A stretch of 64,000 bases of DNA from the NCBI GenBank assembly GCA_965213625.1, contig CBDBZU010000004.1, forward strand, positions 672,001-736,000, in the 5' to 3' direction. Of this stretch, positions 1 to 8,597 are shown in pieces; position 1 is the first letter of the stretch, and every line of letters starts with the position of its first letter. The DNA is from a bacterium. GTDB lineage: Bacteria > UBA8248. Below the pieces are notes generated by a model that worked only from the letters and a program-made list of their open reading frames with translations, had not been told where the DNA came from and did no database searches. The translations under genes and the position numbers were made by a program.

Positions 1-1
1 C

Positions 2-235
2 GCCAAGGGCGCATTCGAGGACACCGCGATCACCGTCACGCATCCCGAACGCAATATCACGCAAGCCGCCGGGACCTGGCGCGGCCAGTTCTCGAACGTG
101 CCGGATGTCGACGGCAACCCCCGCCGCGTGGTCGGCTCGACCGATGTCCACTTCGCCGAAGAAGACGGCTCGAGCGGAAACTTTACGGGCATCTTCGATG
201 CGCTTACGCCCGTTACGCTCGAACCCAAAAACTGA
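2..235 (+). CDS. 3' end of a hypothetical protein (truncated by the window edge), beta-strand-rich C-terminus
   Basis: Open frame from base 2 (AKGAFEDTAITVTHP...GTWRGQFSN...FTGIFDALTPVTLEPKN) to TGA at 233-235, with GC3-rich codons. Confidence 0.6.
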   Translation, partial: AKGAFEDTAITVTHPERNITQAAGTWRGQFSNVPDVDGNPRRVVGSTDVHFAEEDGSSGNFTGIFDALTPVTLEPKN

Positions 236-348
236 AATACGCCCTGAACGATACATTCAGAGCTTCGGGGAACAACCAGGGGCGCTGTAGAAAATCCCGA
301 TTCCTTGATTCGTCTTATGTAACCGACCCTCAAGGGGTCAATACCACC

Positions 349-463
349 CGCCTTGGGGTTTTAAAAAACCCTTCCTTGCTCGGTTTTCTCTACTGCCGTC
401 ATTCCGGTGAACACTCTAGATAAGAGAGGTCAGGCGAGACTTTTTCAAAAAACCCCTAAAGCG
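349..463. repeat. Small MITE-like element with imperfect ~20 bp terminal inverted repeats
   Basis: CGCCTTGGGGTTTTTAAAAAA at 349-368 versus TTTTTCAAAAAACCCCTAAAGCG at 441-463; no ORF inside. Confidence 0.35.
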
Positions 464-527
464 AGGTCCGGCGCGCTCCCGATGCCGGTATGAGAGGGTA
501 TGACGCGCGGCCAATAATTCCCGTTCA

Positions 528-1532
528 TCAGCCTTCTGGTGGTTCGTGGATGAGATAGCGTTTCTGAGCCTCGCTAAGCGCGTCTATCGCCACTTCGACG
601 ATCCGCTTAATCAATACGCCCGCGCCCGGGCGGTCGGATATCAGGTCCAGCCCCTCGCCTGCGAACGTGACCCCCATCTCCATATCCCCACTGCGCAGGG
701 CCTCGAAGAAGCGTTCGCGCATCGAGGAGCTCTGCTCTCGCAGTTCGTCGTCACGGCCATCCCAGGTATCTGAAAAAGCGTTGCGGATGGCGCGACCCGT
801 GTAAGGCTCCGGCCAGACGATGCCCCGGGCTGTGTCGAAAACTTTGGTTCTCAGCGTGTGGTCTCCGCCGGTTCGCTCGATCAAAGACTTTTGGTTCGGA
901 TGCCCCGACGCTTCCTGCGTGGCAAAGAAACGGGTGCCGATCATCACGGCCTCGGCGCCCAGCATCAGAGCGGCAGCCAGGCCGCGCCCATCACTGATGC
1001 CGCCCGCTGCCGCGACCGGAATCGGCGACACCGCATCGACGACCGCCGGAACGAGCGGCAGCGTGGCCCGCTCGGCCCCGTGGCCCCCGGCCTCCGTCCC
1101 TTGGGCGACGATAACTTGGGCGCCCTGCTTCACCGCCTCCTTGGCGTCTTTCAGGGTCTGGACCTGGCAGATCAGCGTCGCGCCGGCCTCCCGGATTTTC
1201 GCGGCGTAAGGCGCGATGTCGCCGAAAGAGAGCATGACGGCCTTAGGCTTACATTCAAGTGCTGCGTCGAGCGCGCCGGGTCGCTCAGCCAGCGCCCAGG
1301 TGATGAAGCCGATGCCGACTGCGCCCTCTTCCGCCTTGTCGAACTCCCCACGAATCCACGCGTCCGAGCCGTAGCCGAAAGCAGGGTCGGCGTAGCCTGC
1401 GCCTATCAGGCCCAACCCGCCGCCGGCCGAAACCGCGCCTGCGAGCACTCCACCCGCGACGCCGCCCATCGGGGCGAGCAATACCGGATGTTCGATGTTC
1501 AGCAGACGTGTGATCGCGGTCGAGAGCATCAT
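528..1532 (-). CDS. Nitronate monooxygenase family flavoprotein
   Basis: HPVLLAPMGG, GGLGLIG, AQGTEAGGHG, PVAAAGGISDGRG and GTRF motifs. Confidence 0.9.
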   Translation of the reverse strand: MMLSTAITRLLNIEHPVLLAPMGGVAGGVLAGAVSAGGGLGLIGAGYADPAFGYGSDAWIRGEFDKAEEGAVGIGFITWALAERPGALDAALECKPKAVMLSFGDIAPYAAKIREAGATLICQVQTLKDAKEAVKQGAQVIVAQGTEAGGHGAERATLPLVPAVVDAVSPIPVAAAGGISDGRGLAAALMLGAEAVMIGTRFFATQEASGHPNQKSLIERTGGDHTLRTKVFDTARGIVWPEPYTGRAIRNAFSDTWDGRDDELREQSSSMRERFFEALRSGDMEMGVTFAGEGLDLISDRPGAGVLIKRIVEVAIDALSEAQKRYLIHEPPEG

Positions 1533-2101
1533 GCGCTGCAACATATCGGCTTTGCCGAGCATTGTAAAACCGAATGGACGAGTCGGGTAAACCACGATAT
1601 CCCGAGGCGTGCTTCAGCGCGAAGTTGAGCTACCGACTCGATGCGCCCTACGGCGGAGTGTCAGCGCACTGTACGAGTCTCCTGGTCACCGGTGCAGTCA
1701 GGTTTCCCATCGCCTGAGTGGCAAATGGGTCGTCGGTCCCTTTGCCCAGAGCTTCGAGGCCATCCTAAAGAAGCCCACCGACCGGGAGGGGTGGGTTACG
1801 AATTCTCGAAGAAAGCTTCCTCGCAGTGGTAGGTGAACAACGACGCCGGTTCATTCACGCATGCCGATCGTTTACGTTTACTGATCGGACGCAAGACGTG
1901 TGTGGACACGTTTGAACAGAGCATGTAGGACCGGCACATCTCGTTCATATCATATCAACTGTGCCCGGATGCGTAGAAGCCTAAATGAATCCGTTTTCGC
2001 TTTGATTATTGTCTGCTTTTAATTCAGGTTCCCACCGGGCTTGCCCATGCGAATGAGGCTACTTGAAATTTGGGCGGTCACAAACCTTGCCCATATGAGA
2101 C

Positions 2102-2193
2102 TGGCGGAGAGGGAGGGATTCGAACCCCCGGTGCAGTTGCCTGCACAACAGATTTCGAGTCTGCCGCCTTAAACCGGACTCGGCCACCTCTCC
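2102..2193 (-). tRNA. tRNA-Ser(CGA)
   Basis: GGAGAGGTGGCCGAG...GCAGA-CTCGAAA-TCTGT anticodon arm, long variable arm, GGTTCGAATCC, 3' CCA. Confidence 0.95.
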
Positions 2194-2212
2194 GAAAAAG
2201 TATCATTTTATT

Positions 2213-2713
2213 TCAGCGCGCGGCCTGCCTCGCCTCTCGGGCGATGCGGCGGCGCTCCTCGAAAAAGGCGCGCAACATCACAGCGCTCTCCTCGGCCAAT
2301 ATGCCCGAGGTTATCGGCACGCGGTGGTTCACGCGCGGGTCCGAGGGAATGTCGAACAAAGAACCGCAGGCGCCTCCCTTGGGGTCCTTGGCGCCAAAGA
2401 CGAGCCGCGCGATCCGTGAGTTGACGATAGCCCCCGCGCACATCGGGCACGGCTCGAGCGTTACGTACAAGGTCGCGCCGTCGAGCCGCCAGATGCCGTC
2501 GGTCTCGGCCGCTTCCCTGAGCGCCAGCACTTCGGCGTGCGCTGTGGGGTCGCAGGCGGCCTCCCGCCTGTTGAAGCCCCGGCCCAGCACCCGGCCATCG
2601 CGCACCACCAGGGCCCCCACGGGCACGTCGCCCGCCTCTTCGGCCATGCCGGCCAGCGCGAGCGCCTCTTCCATCCAGCGCTCATCTTCGTTTATCTGTT
2701 CCACCGAATACAC
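2213..2713 (-). CDS. tadA: tRNA adenosine(34) deaminase
   Basis: VPVGA, DPTAHAE, TLEPCPMCAGA, FGAKDPKGGA; lies directly upstream of tRNA-Ser. Confidence 0.95.
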   Translation of the reverse strand: MYSVEQINEDERWMEEALALAGMAEEAGDVPVGALVVRDGRVLGRGFNRREAACDPTAHAEVLALREAAETDGIWRLDGATLYVTLEPCPMCAGAIVNSRIARLVFGAKDPKGGACGSLFDIPSDPRVNHRVPITSGILAEESAVMLRAFFEERRRIAREARQAAR

Positions 2714-2918
2714 TCCTATTCCCTCATCGGGTTCTTCAAGGCCCCTAAAAGACCACGAATCGAAACCGCTGGCAAGCGGGCAAGCGCTTTTCGCGCATGT
2801 GAGCTGTCGATACGCACAGATAGTGAGCGGCGCGCGCTCCCGCCGACGGGGAAGCGCGGCTCTTGCCGGATTCGAAAAAACCTGAGAGTCTTGGGGCCTT
2901 ACCCATCACTCATCATTT

Positions 2919-3689
2919 ATGAAGGATGTCCCTATGCTTTGGGAAGAACTCAGTTGGCCGCAGCACAAGGAAATGGCCCAAAACGGGGCCGTGGTCGTCA
3001 TCCCCTTCGCCTCCATGGAACAGCACGGGCCACACAACCCCGTCGTGGTGGATACCCTGCTTTGTGAGAGCGTCTGCAAAAAGGCGGTGGATGGCCTCGA
3101 TAACGTGCTGCTGACCCGCACCATATGGACGGGCACGTCTCACCACCATTTCGAGTATCCGGGAACCATCTCGCTCAGGCTCGAAACCTACGTCGCCCTC
3201 ATCAAGGACATTATCCGCTCCGTCGCCCATCACGGCTACAAGAAGATATTCGTGGTGAACGGCCACGGCGGCAACGTGCAGCCCCTGCAAGCCACGCTGA
3301 ACGACATCGGCTACGACATCGAACTCACCATCTGGATGATCACCTATTTCCATCTGGGAAACGAAATCGCAGGCGAAATCAGAAAATCGCCCGTCGGCGG
3401 CATGGCCCACAGTGGGGAGTTCGAAACCGCCATGATGCTCCACCTGCGTCCCGATCTGGTGAATATGGACGAGGCGGTGGATCAAATCAACGCGAACCCC
3501 CATCCCCTGGGGACCAAGGACATGCACCACCGCGGAATGCTATTCCGCCCGGTGGACTTCAATAGAAACCGTGCGCCCTCGGGCGTAGCGGGCATGCCCA
3601 CGACGGCCACGGCGGAAAACGGGGCGCAATACTTCGAAGCCGTATCCTCGCGTCTGCGCGGGTTGATTGAAGAACTGGCTGCGCTCTAG
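2919..3689 (+). CDS. Creatininase family amidohydrolase
   Basis: EQHGPH, SHHH..YPGTIS, NGHGGN and HSGEFET motifs. Confidence 0.92.
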   Translation: MKDVPMLWEELSWPQHKEMAQNGAVVVIPFASMEQHGPHNPVVVDTLLCESVCKKAVDGLDNVLLTRTIWTGTSHHHFEYPGTISLRLETYVALIKDIIRSVAHHGYKKIFVVNGHGGNVQPLQATLNDIGYDIELTIWMITYFHLGNEIAGEIRKSPVGGMAHSGEFETAMMLHLRPDLVNMDEAVDQINANPHPLGTKDMHHRGMLFRPVDFNRNRAPSGVAGMPTTATAENGAQYFEAVSSRLRGLIEELAAL

Positions 3690-3691
3690 GT

Positions 3692-4573
3692 ATGGTCCGC
3701 GTCGCAGGCGAGTCCTCCCGCAAGGCAAGGTATCTGAACTTAAGCCGCGCGGGTACGGACGATCCCGTCATCATCTGCTATGAGGCCGCCGGAGACGGCA
3801 CGCCGGTCCTCTGCGTTCCAGGCCTGGGCGATACAACCTGGGTGTGGCGCAAGATCGTCCCCACGCTGACGAGCATGCACCGCGTCATCGTCATGGAACA
3901 GAGGGGGCATGGACGCTCATCGTGCCCTCCGGGGAAATACACGCTCGCCGATATGGCGGGCGACATCGGGGCCGTCGCCGCGCGTCTGGGCTTGAACCGG
4001 CCCGTCATCATCGGTCACGGCTTGGGTGCGAGGGCGGCGCTCATGCTCGCGATTGAACAGCCCGGCCTGCCGGGCGCGCTCATCCTCATCGCGACAGGCG
4101 CGGCGCCCGCCGCCAAGAGTGTGCGCAGAGGCGTCGCCGAGCGCATCCACCTGGCCGAGGCGGGCGAGATGCAGGAAGCCTACAGGAACAAAAAGAGCGA
4201 AAGCCGAGAACCCAGAGGCATGACACCCAAGGAGCGCGCAGAGCATCATCGCCTGTTCCTGCGCAACGATCCTTCGGGATACGCATCGGCGGGTTACGCG
4301 GAACTCCTCGCACCCGATTTAACGGAGCGCCTGAATGAGGTCGCCTGTCCGGCGCTCGTAATCACGGGTGAGGAAGACCCCGAATACCACGCGGACGTCC
4401 ATACTCTCTCGGCGGGGATTCCCCGTTGCGAGTCCTTTCTCATCGAGGGGGCGGGTCGCAACGCGCAACTGGACAGGCCGGAGGCCGTGCTTGCGCTCAT
4501 CCACGATTTTTTCAGGAAGCACCATCTTTCAGTCGCCAAATCGACGGAGGAACCCCATGAGCCGATTGATTGA
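3692..4573 (+). CDS. Alpha/beta hydrolase-fold protein, catalytic residues apparently altered
   Basis: EQRGHGRS, PALVITGEED; GHGLG in place of GxSxG. Confidence 0.8.
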   Translation: MVRVAGESSRKARYLNLSRAGTDDPVIICYEAAGDGTPVLCVPGLGDTTWVWRKIVPTLTSMHRVIVMEQRGHGRSSCPPGKYTLADMAGDIGAVAARLGLNRPVIIGHGLGARAALMLAIEQPGLPGALILIATGAAPAAKSVRRGVAERIHLAEAGEMQEAYRNKKSESREPRGMTPKERAEHHRLFLRNDPSGYASAGYAELLAPDLTERLNEVACPALVITGEEDPEYHADVHTLSAGIPRCESFLIEGAGRNAQLDRPEAVLALIHDFFRKHHLSVAKSTEEPHEPID

Positions 4574-5237
4574 TCTCACCGCCCCCCTGGGACACCCCGA
4601 CCTTTGCGAGGTGCCGACGTTTCCCCCGGTGGAATACTGGCAGTTTCACGAACATCCAACCCACGGCCGGCAGAACAGCGCGGTCAGAATGGCCATCCAC
4701 CAGGGAACGCACCTGGACGCGCCCAACCATTTCTATCCCGACGGCGTCACCATCGACGAGATGCCGCTCGATACCTTCTGCGGGCGCGCCGTGAAGATCG
4801 ACTTGAGGGGAAGCGCTCGCGAGGCGAGCCCCATCACTCAGGCTATGATCGAATCGAGCCCCGGCTTCAAGGCGGAACGCCTCGACGGGGCCATCGCCGT
4901 CACATGGACGGGCTGGTCGAAGGAGAAGATTTTTACGCCCGATTACTTCGGGCCCAACCCCTACCTGGACAAGGAGGCGTGCCGCTTCCTGTGCGATTGC
5001 GGCATGAAGGCCCTTTGCATGGACCACGCCATCGACCCCGGCATGCAGCCGGACTCCGTGGTGCACCACGAGGATTCCCCCGGCCACCGCGCCGTGCTGG
5101 GGCGGGGCGTTCCGCTCATCGAGCACGTCATCAACCTGGAAACTTTCGAGGAAACCGAATTCGAGATGTTCGCATTTCCGATGAAACTCTACAAAATCGA
5201 GGGCGCACCCGCTCGCGTGGTCGCGCGGCTCGACTGA
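4557..5237 (+). CDS. Cyclase / kynurenine formamidase family metal-dependent hydrolase
   Basis: RBS GGAGG before ATG at 4557; LIDLT, HQGTHLDAPNHF, GAPARVVA. Confidence 0.9.
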   Translation: MSRLIDLTAPLGHPDLCEVPTFPPVEYWQFHEHPTHGRQNSAVRMAIHQGTHLDAPNHFYPDGVTIDEMPLDTFCGRAVKIDLRGSAREASPITQAMIESSPGFKAERLDGAIAVTWTGWSKEKIFTPDYFGPNPYLDKEACRFLCDCGMKALCMDHAIDPGMQPDSVVHHEDSPGHRAVLGRGVPLIEHVINLETFEETEFEMFAFPMKLYKIEGAPARVVARLD

Positions 5238-5254
5238 AAGGGAGGAACCTAGAC

Positions 5255-5647
5255 TTGCCGTTTTACAGAATATCCGAGATGGAAACGAAGCACATCGACA
5301 TGGGCAAGGCCCAGACGCAGAGCGTCGCCGGAGAACTCATGAAGGCCGGCATGATCACCTATCCCGCAGACGGCGGCCCGCCGCCTCATTACCACCCGAA
5401 CGAGGAGCAGTTTCTCCTGGTGATGGCGGGCGAGGCGAACGTGATCCTGGGAGAGGAGACCCGCGTCGTCGTCCCTGGCGATCTGGTGCACATCCGCCGC
5501 AACGAGCGTCACGGTCTTCGCATCACCGAGGGGCCTTTTTCTTTCTTCACCGTGAAGAGCCCCGCAGGCGACGGCGACCTCTACCAGGACTACAACAAGG
5601 CCGAAGACGCCGATAAGGCGCGAGAGAAACTGGAATCCACTTTATAG
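5255..5647 (+). CDS. Cupin domain protein (TTG start)
   Basis: GGAGG RBS before TTG; PPPHYHPNEEQ...GDLVHI...HG; paralog of the next gene. Confidence 0.88.
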   Translation: MPFYRISEMETKHIDMGKAQTQSVAGELMKAGMITYPADGGPPPHYHPNEEQFLLVMAGEANVILGEETRVVVPGDLVHIRRNERHGLRITEGPFSFFTVKSPAGDGDLYQDYNKAEDADKAREKLESTL

Positions 5648-5676
5648 GTTAACTTCTAAGACCAAGGAGAGATTGA

Positions 5677-6063
5677 ATGCCGTTTTATAGAATGGAAGAC
5701 CTTCCCCAGGGGTCCTCAAAAGTAGGCCCCGCCACCAGCCACGCGACCGCGGGCGAGTTGATGAAGGTGGGCTGGGTGATTTATCCCCAGGGCGACGGCC
5801 CGCCGCCTCACTTTCATCCCAACGAGGAACAGTACATCCTGATGCTCGAAGGGAAGATGAACATGATCTGCGGTGAGGAGGTGCGCGAAATCGGCGCAGG
5901 CGATCTGGTCCACATTCCGCGAAACACGCGCCACGGCATCCACATCACCGAAGGTCCGGCGAAATTCTTCGCGGTGAAAAGCCCGGCGGGCGACGGCACG
6001 CTGGATCAGGACTACAACAAGGCGTCCGATGCGGACGAGGTATACGAGCGTCTCAAGAACTAA
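5677..6063 (+). CDS. Cupin domain protein
   Basis: PPPHFHPNEEQ...GDLVHIP...HG; tandem paralog. Confidence 0.9.
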   Translation: MPFYRMEDLPQGSSKVGPATSHATAGELMKVGWVIYPQGDGPPPHFHPNEEQYILMLEGKMNMICGEEVREIGAGDLVHIPRNTRHGIHITEGPAKFFAVKSPAGDGTLDQDYNKASDADEVYERLKN

Positions 6064-6113
6064 CAAGCTGAACCACAAATGCCGGTGGGCCACCCCACCG
6101 GCATTTTGTTTTT

Positions 6114-6638
6114 CTACTGTTGCGCTTGCGCCGCCATCCGCTTTTTTCTGAATTGCACGGCCTGGATGACGTCCTGCCAGACGAGACGCCCCAGGGGTCC
6201 CGAGCTGTAGAGCGAGATGTTTACCTTGCCGTCTGGTGAGAGCAAAAAGTTGGTGGCGTGAAGAAACGGCCTCGGCTTCTCGCCCGCCTCGGGTGAATAG
6301 AATGCACCCGTCACCTCGGATACATAAGCGGGGTCCACGCTGTGCCCGACCGGAAAGTTCACCTTGCTCGCCTCGATAGACTGCAGTGCTTCCTCTTCAG
6401 GGTCGGTGGACGCCGCCACGACCTTGATGCCCTCGGCTTCCAATCTTTCTCCCGCCCGGGAGAATCCCGCCATCTGGGCGAGTCAGTAGGGTCACCAATG
6501 GCTGCGGTAGAACAGGACGACGCCCCATGAGCCCAGCAGGTCATCGGGCAGGGAGATTTTTCCGCCGCCCACCTTGGCGATTTCGATACTCGGGAAATCA
6601 TCCCCGGTGTCGAGGAAGAACCGGTTCACTTTCGGCAT
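6114..6638 (-). CDS. Peroxiredoxin-like (AhpC/TSA, PRX_like2-type) selenoprotein with a UxxU motif, 174 aa
   Basis: MPKVNRFFLDTGDDFP...VVLFYRSHW-TGA-CCC-TAC-TGA-LAQMAGF; TGAs at 6492-6494 and 6483-6485 occupy both Cys positions of WCPYC; frame continues into ORF 6114..6473. Confidence 0.85.
6447..6482 (-). promoter_or_regulatory. Candidate SECIS hairpins for the UxxU gene
   Basis: CTCGCC-CAGAT-GGCGGG (6482-6466) and TTCTCCC-GGGC-GGGAGAA (6464-6447) just 3' of the UGAs. Confidence 0.55.
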
Positions 6639-6797
6639 GATGCGCTCCAATCTGGTTCACGAATATGAATGCGACCATATCAAACGCCTGCGATGTTACA
6701 TCTCCTGCGCGGCCATGAAAACCGGCCTCCGGTTTTCGCGCAAAAAAACACCCCCTCGAAGTAAAGACCCGAGGGGGGTGCTCGAAAAAGATACGCT

Positions 6798-7295
6798 CTA
6801 GTTTTGTGCCATCATCTTCTTTTGGAACTGAACCAATCCCACTACATCCTGCCACACGAGCCGACCGATGGGGCCCGTGCTGTAGACGGCCACGGCGACC
6901 GTTCCATCGGGCTTTAAGACATAGCCCGTGCTGTGTATGATCTGGCGTTTTTCCTCATAGAAACAACCGGTGAGTTCGGATATCTGCTTGTTGTCCAGGC
7001 CATAGCCAACGGGGAAATTGATTCCGCATTCCTCAATCGTTCCCTTGGCGTTCTCCTCCGTGTCCACGGAAGCTGCAACAACCTTGACGCCCTCTTCTTT
7101 GAGCTTCGCCGCTCTGTCAAAGGCCGTAAGCTGCTGCTTGCAATACGGTCACCAGTGTCCGCGGTAGAGCAGAACCACTCCCCAATCGCCCGAGAGATCG
7201 CCGGGAAGAGAGATTTTGCCTCCCCCCACCTGGCCTACCTCGAGGCTCGGGAAGGGATCGCCCGAGTCGACCATCTTGTCCGTCATACGTGGCAT
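6798..7295 (-). CDS. Peroxiredoxin-like (AhpC/TSA) selenoprotein with a UxxC motif, 165 aa
   Basis: RBS GGAGG; MPRMTDKMVDSGDPFP...LLYRGHW-TGA(7149-7151)-PYCKQQL, in frame with ORF 6798..7067; hairpin CCGT..AAGC-AGCA-GCTT-ACGG at 7148-7124. Confidence 0.9.
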
Positions 7296-7453
7296 CAATG
7301 CGCCCTCCTGAAATGAATAAAACTTAAACAAGCCTGAATGAATAAGGCTCGAACACGACCACTTATACTCGTGCGATGGGGACATTTCAAACAGAACTGG
7401 GCCTTTCCCGAACCATCGCGCCGATGAAGCTTGCGTTTTCGTCTCGCAAGGTC

Positions 7454-7482
7454 TTGACACCGAGAGGCTTGGTTTCTAGCAT
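7454..7482 (+). promoter_or_regulatory. Sigma70-type promoter
   Basis: TTGACA-17 bp-TAGCAT upstream of ORF 7529. Confidence 0.55.
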
Positions 7483-7528
7483 AGGCCTACTTTTTCTGAA
7501 GGCTCGCACTGAGCGCAGGAGACCCTTG

Positions 7529-7807
7529 ATGAGCAACGTAATTTCTTGTGATTGCAAAACCATAAAATTGCAGGGCGAATACGAAAAGGCGGCCGACGCC
7601 TGCAACCGTGAGATTCATCTATCAGATGAGGACGCGGAGCGTTATCTTCCACGCGATGAATCCCAGGAAAATCTGGTCATCTCGAAAGAATGCCAGATTC
7701 CCCCTCTCACCAGTGTCATCCGCTACGGCGAGGGATATTACGTTCTCAAGAAAGGCCGGGTCATGCGGGAGGGCTTCAATAGAACGCTTCCCGAGTACAA
7801 GCAGTAA
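7529..7807 (+). CDS. Small hypothetical protein (92 aa, Cys-containing)
   Basis: AGGAG RBS, promoter upstream; MSNVISCDCK... Confidence 0.65.
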   Translation: MSNVISCDCKTIKLQGEYEKAADACNREIHLSDEDAERYLPRDESQENLVISKECQIPPLTSVIRYGEGYYVLKKGRVMREGFNRTLPEYKQ

Positions 7808-7871
7808 ATCCCCAGGCGGGTTTCGCCGCCTTCCAAAAACGAACCAACACTCGACCCCAAGGAGATGAACC

Positions 7872-8234
7872 ATGCGCGCCCAAAAATACAGTTGGGATGA
7901 GATGCCCGAGGAGGCCGTGACCGACACATTTTCGAGAAAGATGGTGGTGGGCGAAAAGGAGATGCTTTGCTGGCTCAAGCTCAAACCCGGCTGCGTGGTT
8001 CCCATGCACAGCCACGAGAACGAGCAGATTTCCCACGTCATCAAAGGTAGGCTCAAGTTTTTTGTCGACGATGAGACCGTGGAACTCGGACCTGGGGAAT
8101 CGCTTCTCATACCCCCGCACGTCCCCCACTCGGTAGAAGTCGTAGGCGACGAAACGGCAATTGACTACGACATCTTCAGTCCCATCCGCGAAGACTGGCT
8201 CGACGGGAGTGATAATTACTTAAGGGACGAATAA
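7872..8234 (+). CDS. Cupin domain protein
   Basis: VVPMHSHENEQ, IPPHVPHSV, DIFSPIREDW. Confidence 0.92.
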   Translation: MRAQKYSWDEMPEEAVTDTFSRKMVVGEKEMLCWLKLKPGCVVPMHSHENEQISHVIKGRLKFFVDDETVELGPGESLLIPPHVPHSVEVVGDETAIDYDIFSPIREDWLDGSDNYLRDE

Positions 8235-8382
8235 CGGGGAAGTCCTCACCTAAATCTGTGGTAAAGCAAAAACATCTGGAGTGCGGCTCGTTTTGGGCGT
8301 CTTCAGATGCGTCCGTCAATCAATTCAATGGCTTCATCGACCGAACACGAGTTCATAGAAAGCCCGCAAAGAATATTCTTCT

Positions 8383-8592
8383 TTATCCCAAGATATTGTA
8401 TCCACAACTCATCGACACACAATATATAGAATCTCCATAACTGATTGCTTTTAAAGCGTTAATTCGTTTATCCCCATCTGGATAACTTGTGGGTAAAACC
8501 GCCGTTCTGACCCCATATCTTGTGTAGCAGGAAAAAAATATACTATATTTTGTGCTAAATTTATTGACAATCGGTAATAATCGCCCTACACT
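8383..8592 (+). promoter_or_regulatory. Regulatory region with two tandem NrdR-box-like pairs, DnaA-box-like sites, an IHF-like site and a sigma70 promoter
   Basis: CAAGATATTG 8389 / CAATATATAG 8420 (31 bp apart); CCATATCTTG 8513 / CTATATTTTG 8543 (30 bp apart); GTATCCACA 8398, TTATCCCCA 8468, TCTGGATAA 8477, TGTGGGTAA 8488; TTGACA 8564 -17 bp- TACACT 8587. Confidence 0.7.
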
Positions 8593-8597
8593 GATAA

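Noticed and set aside
2102-2193. tRNA-Sec candidate (long variable arm)
   Set aside because: The anticodon is CGA and the acceptor stem is standard, so it is tRNA-Ser
6114-7460. Genome-wide TGA-to-Trp or Gly reassignment, or pseudogenes, as the explanation for in-frame TGAs
   Set aside because: Trp is encoded by TGG right before the TGAs, many genes end at TGA, and the TGAs occur only at Cys-motif positions with downstream hairpins
8383-8560. Chromosomal replication origin (oriC) suggested by DnaA-box-like and IHF-like sites
   Set aside because: The boxes are all imperfect, no dnaA/dnaN/gidA/parAB gene is nearby, and the rRNA operon and most downstream genes would be head-on to a fork starting here. 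Not fully excluded without genome-wide GC skew.
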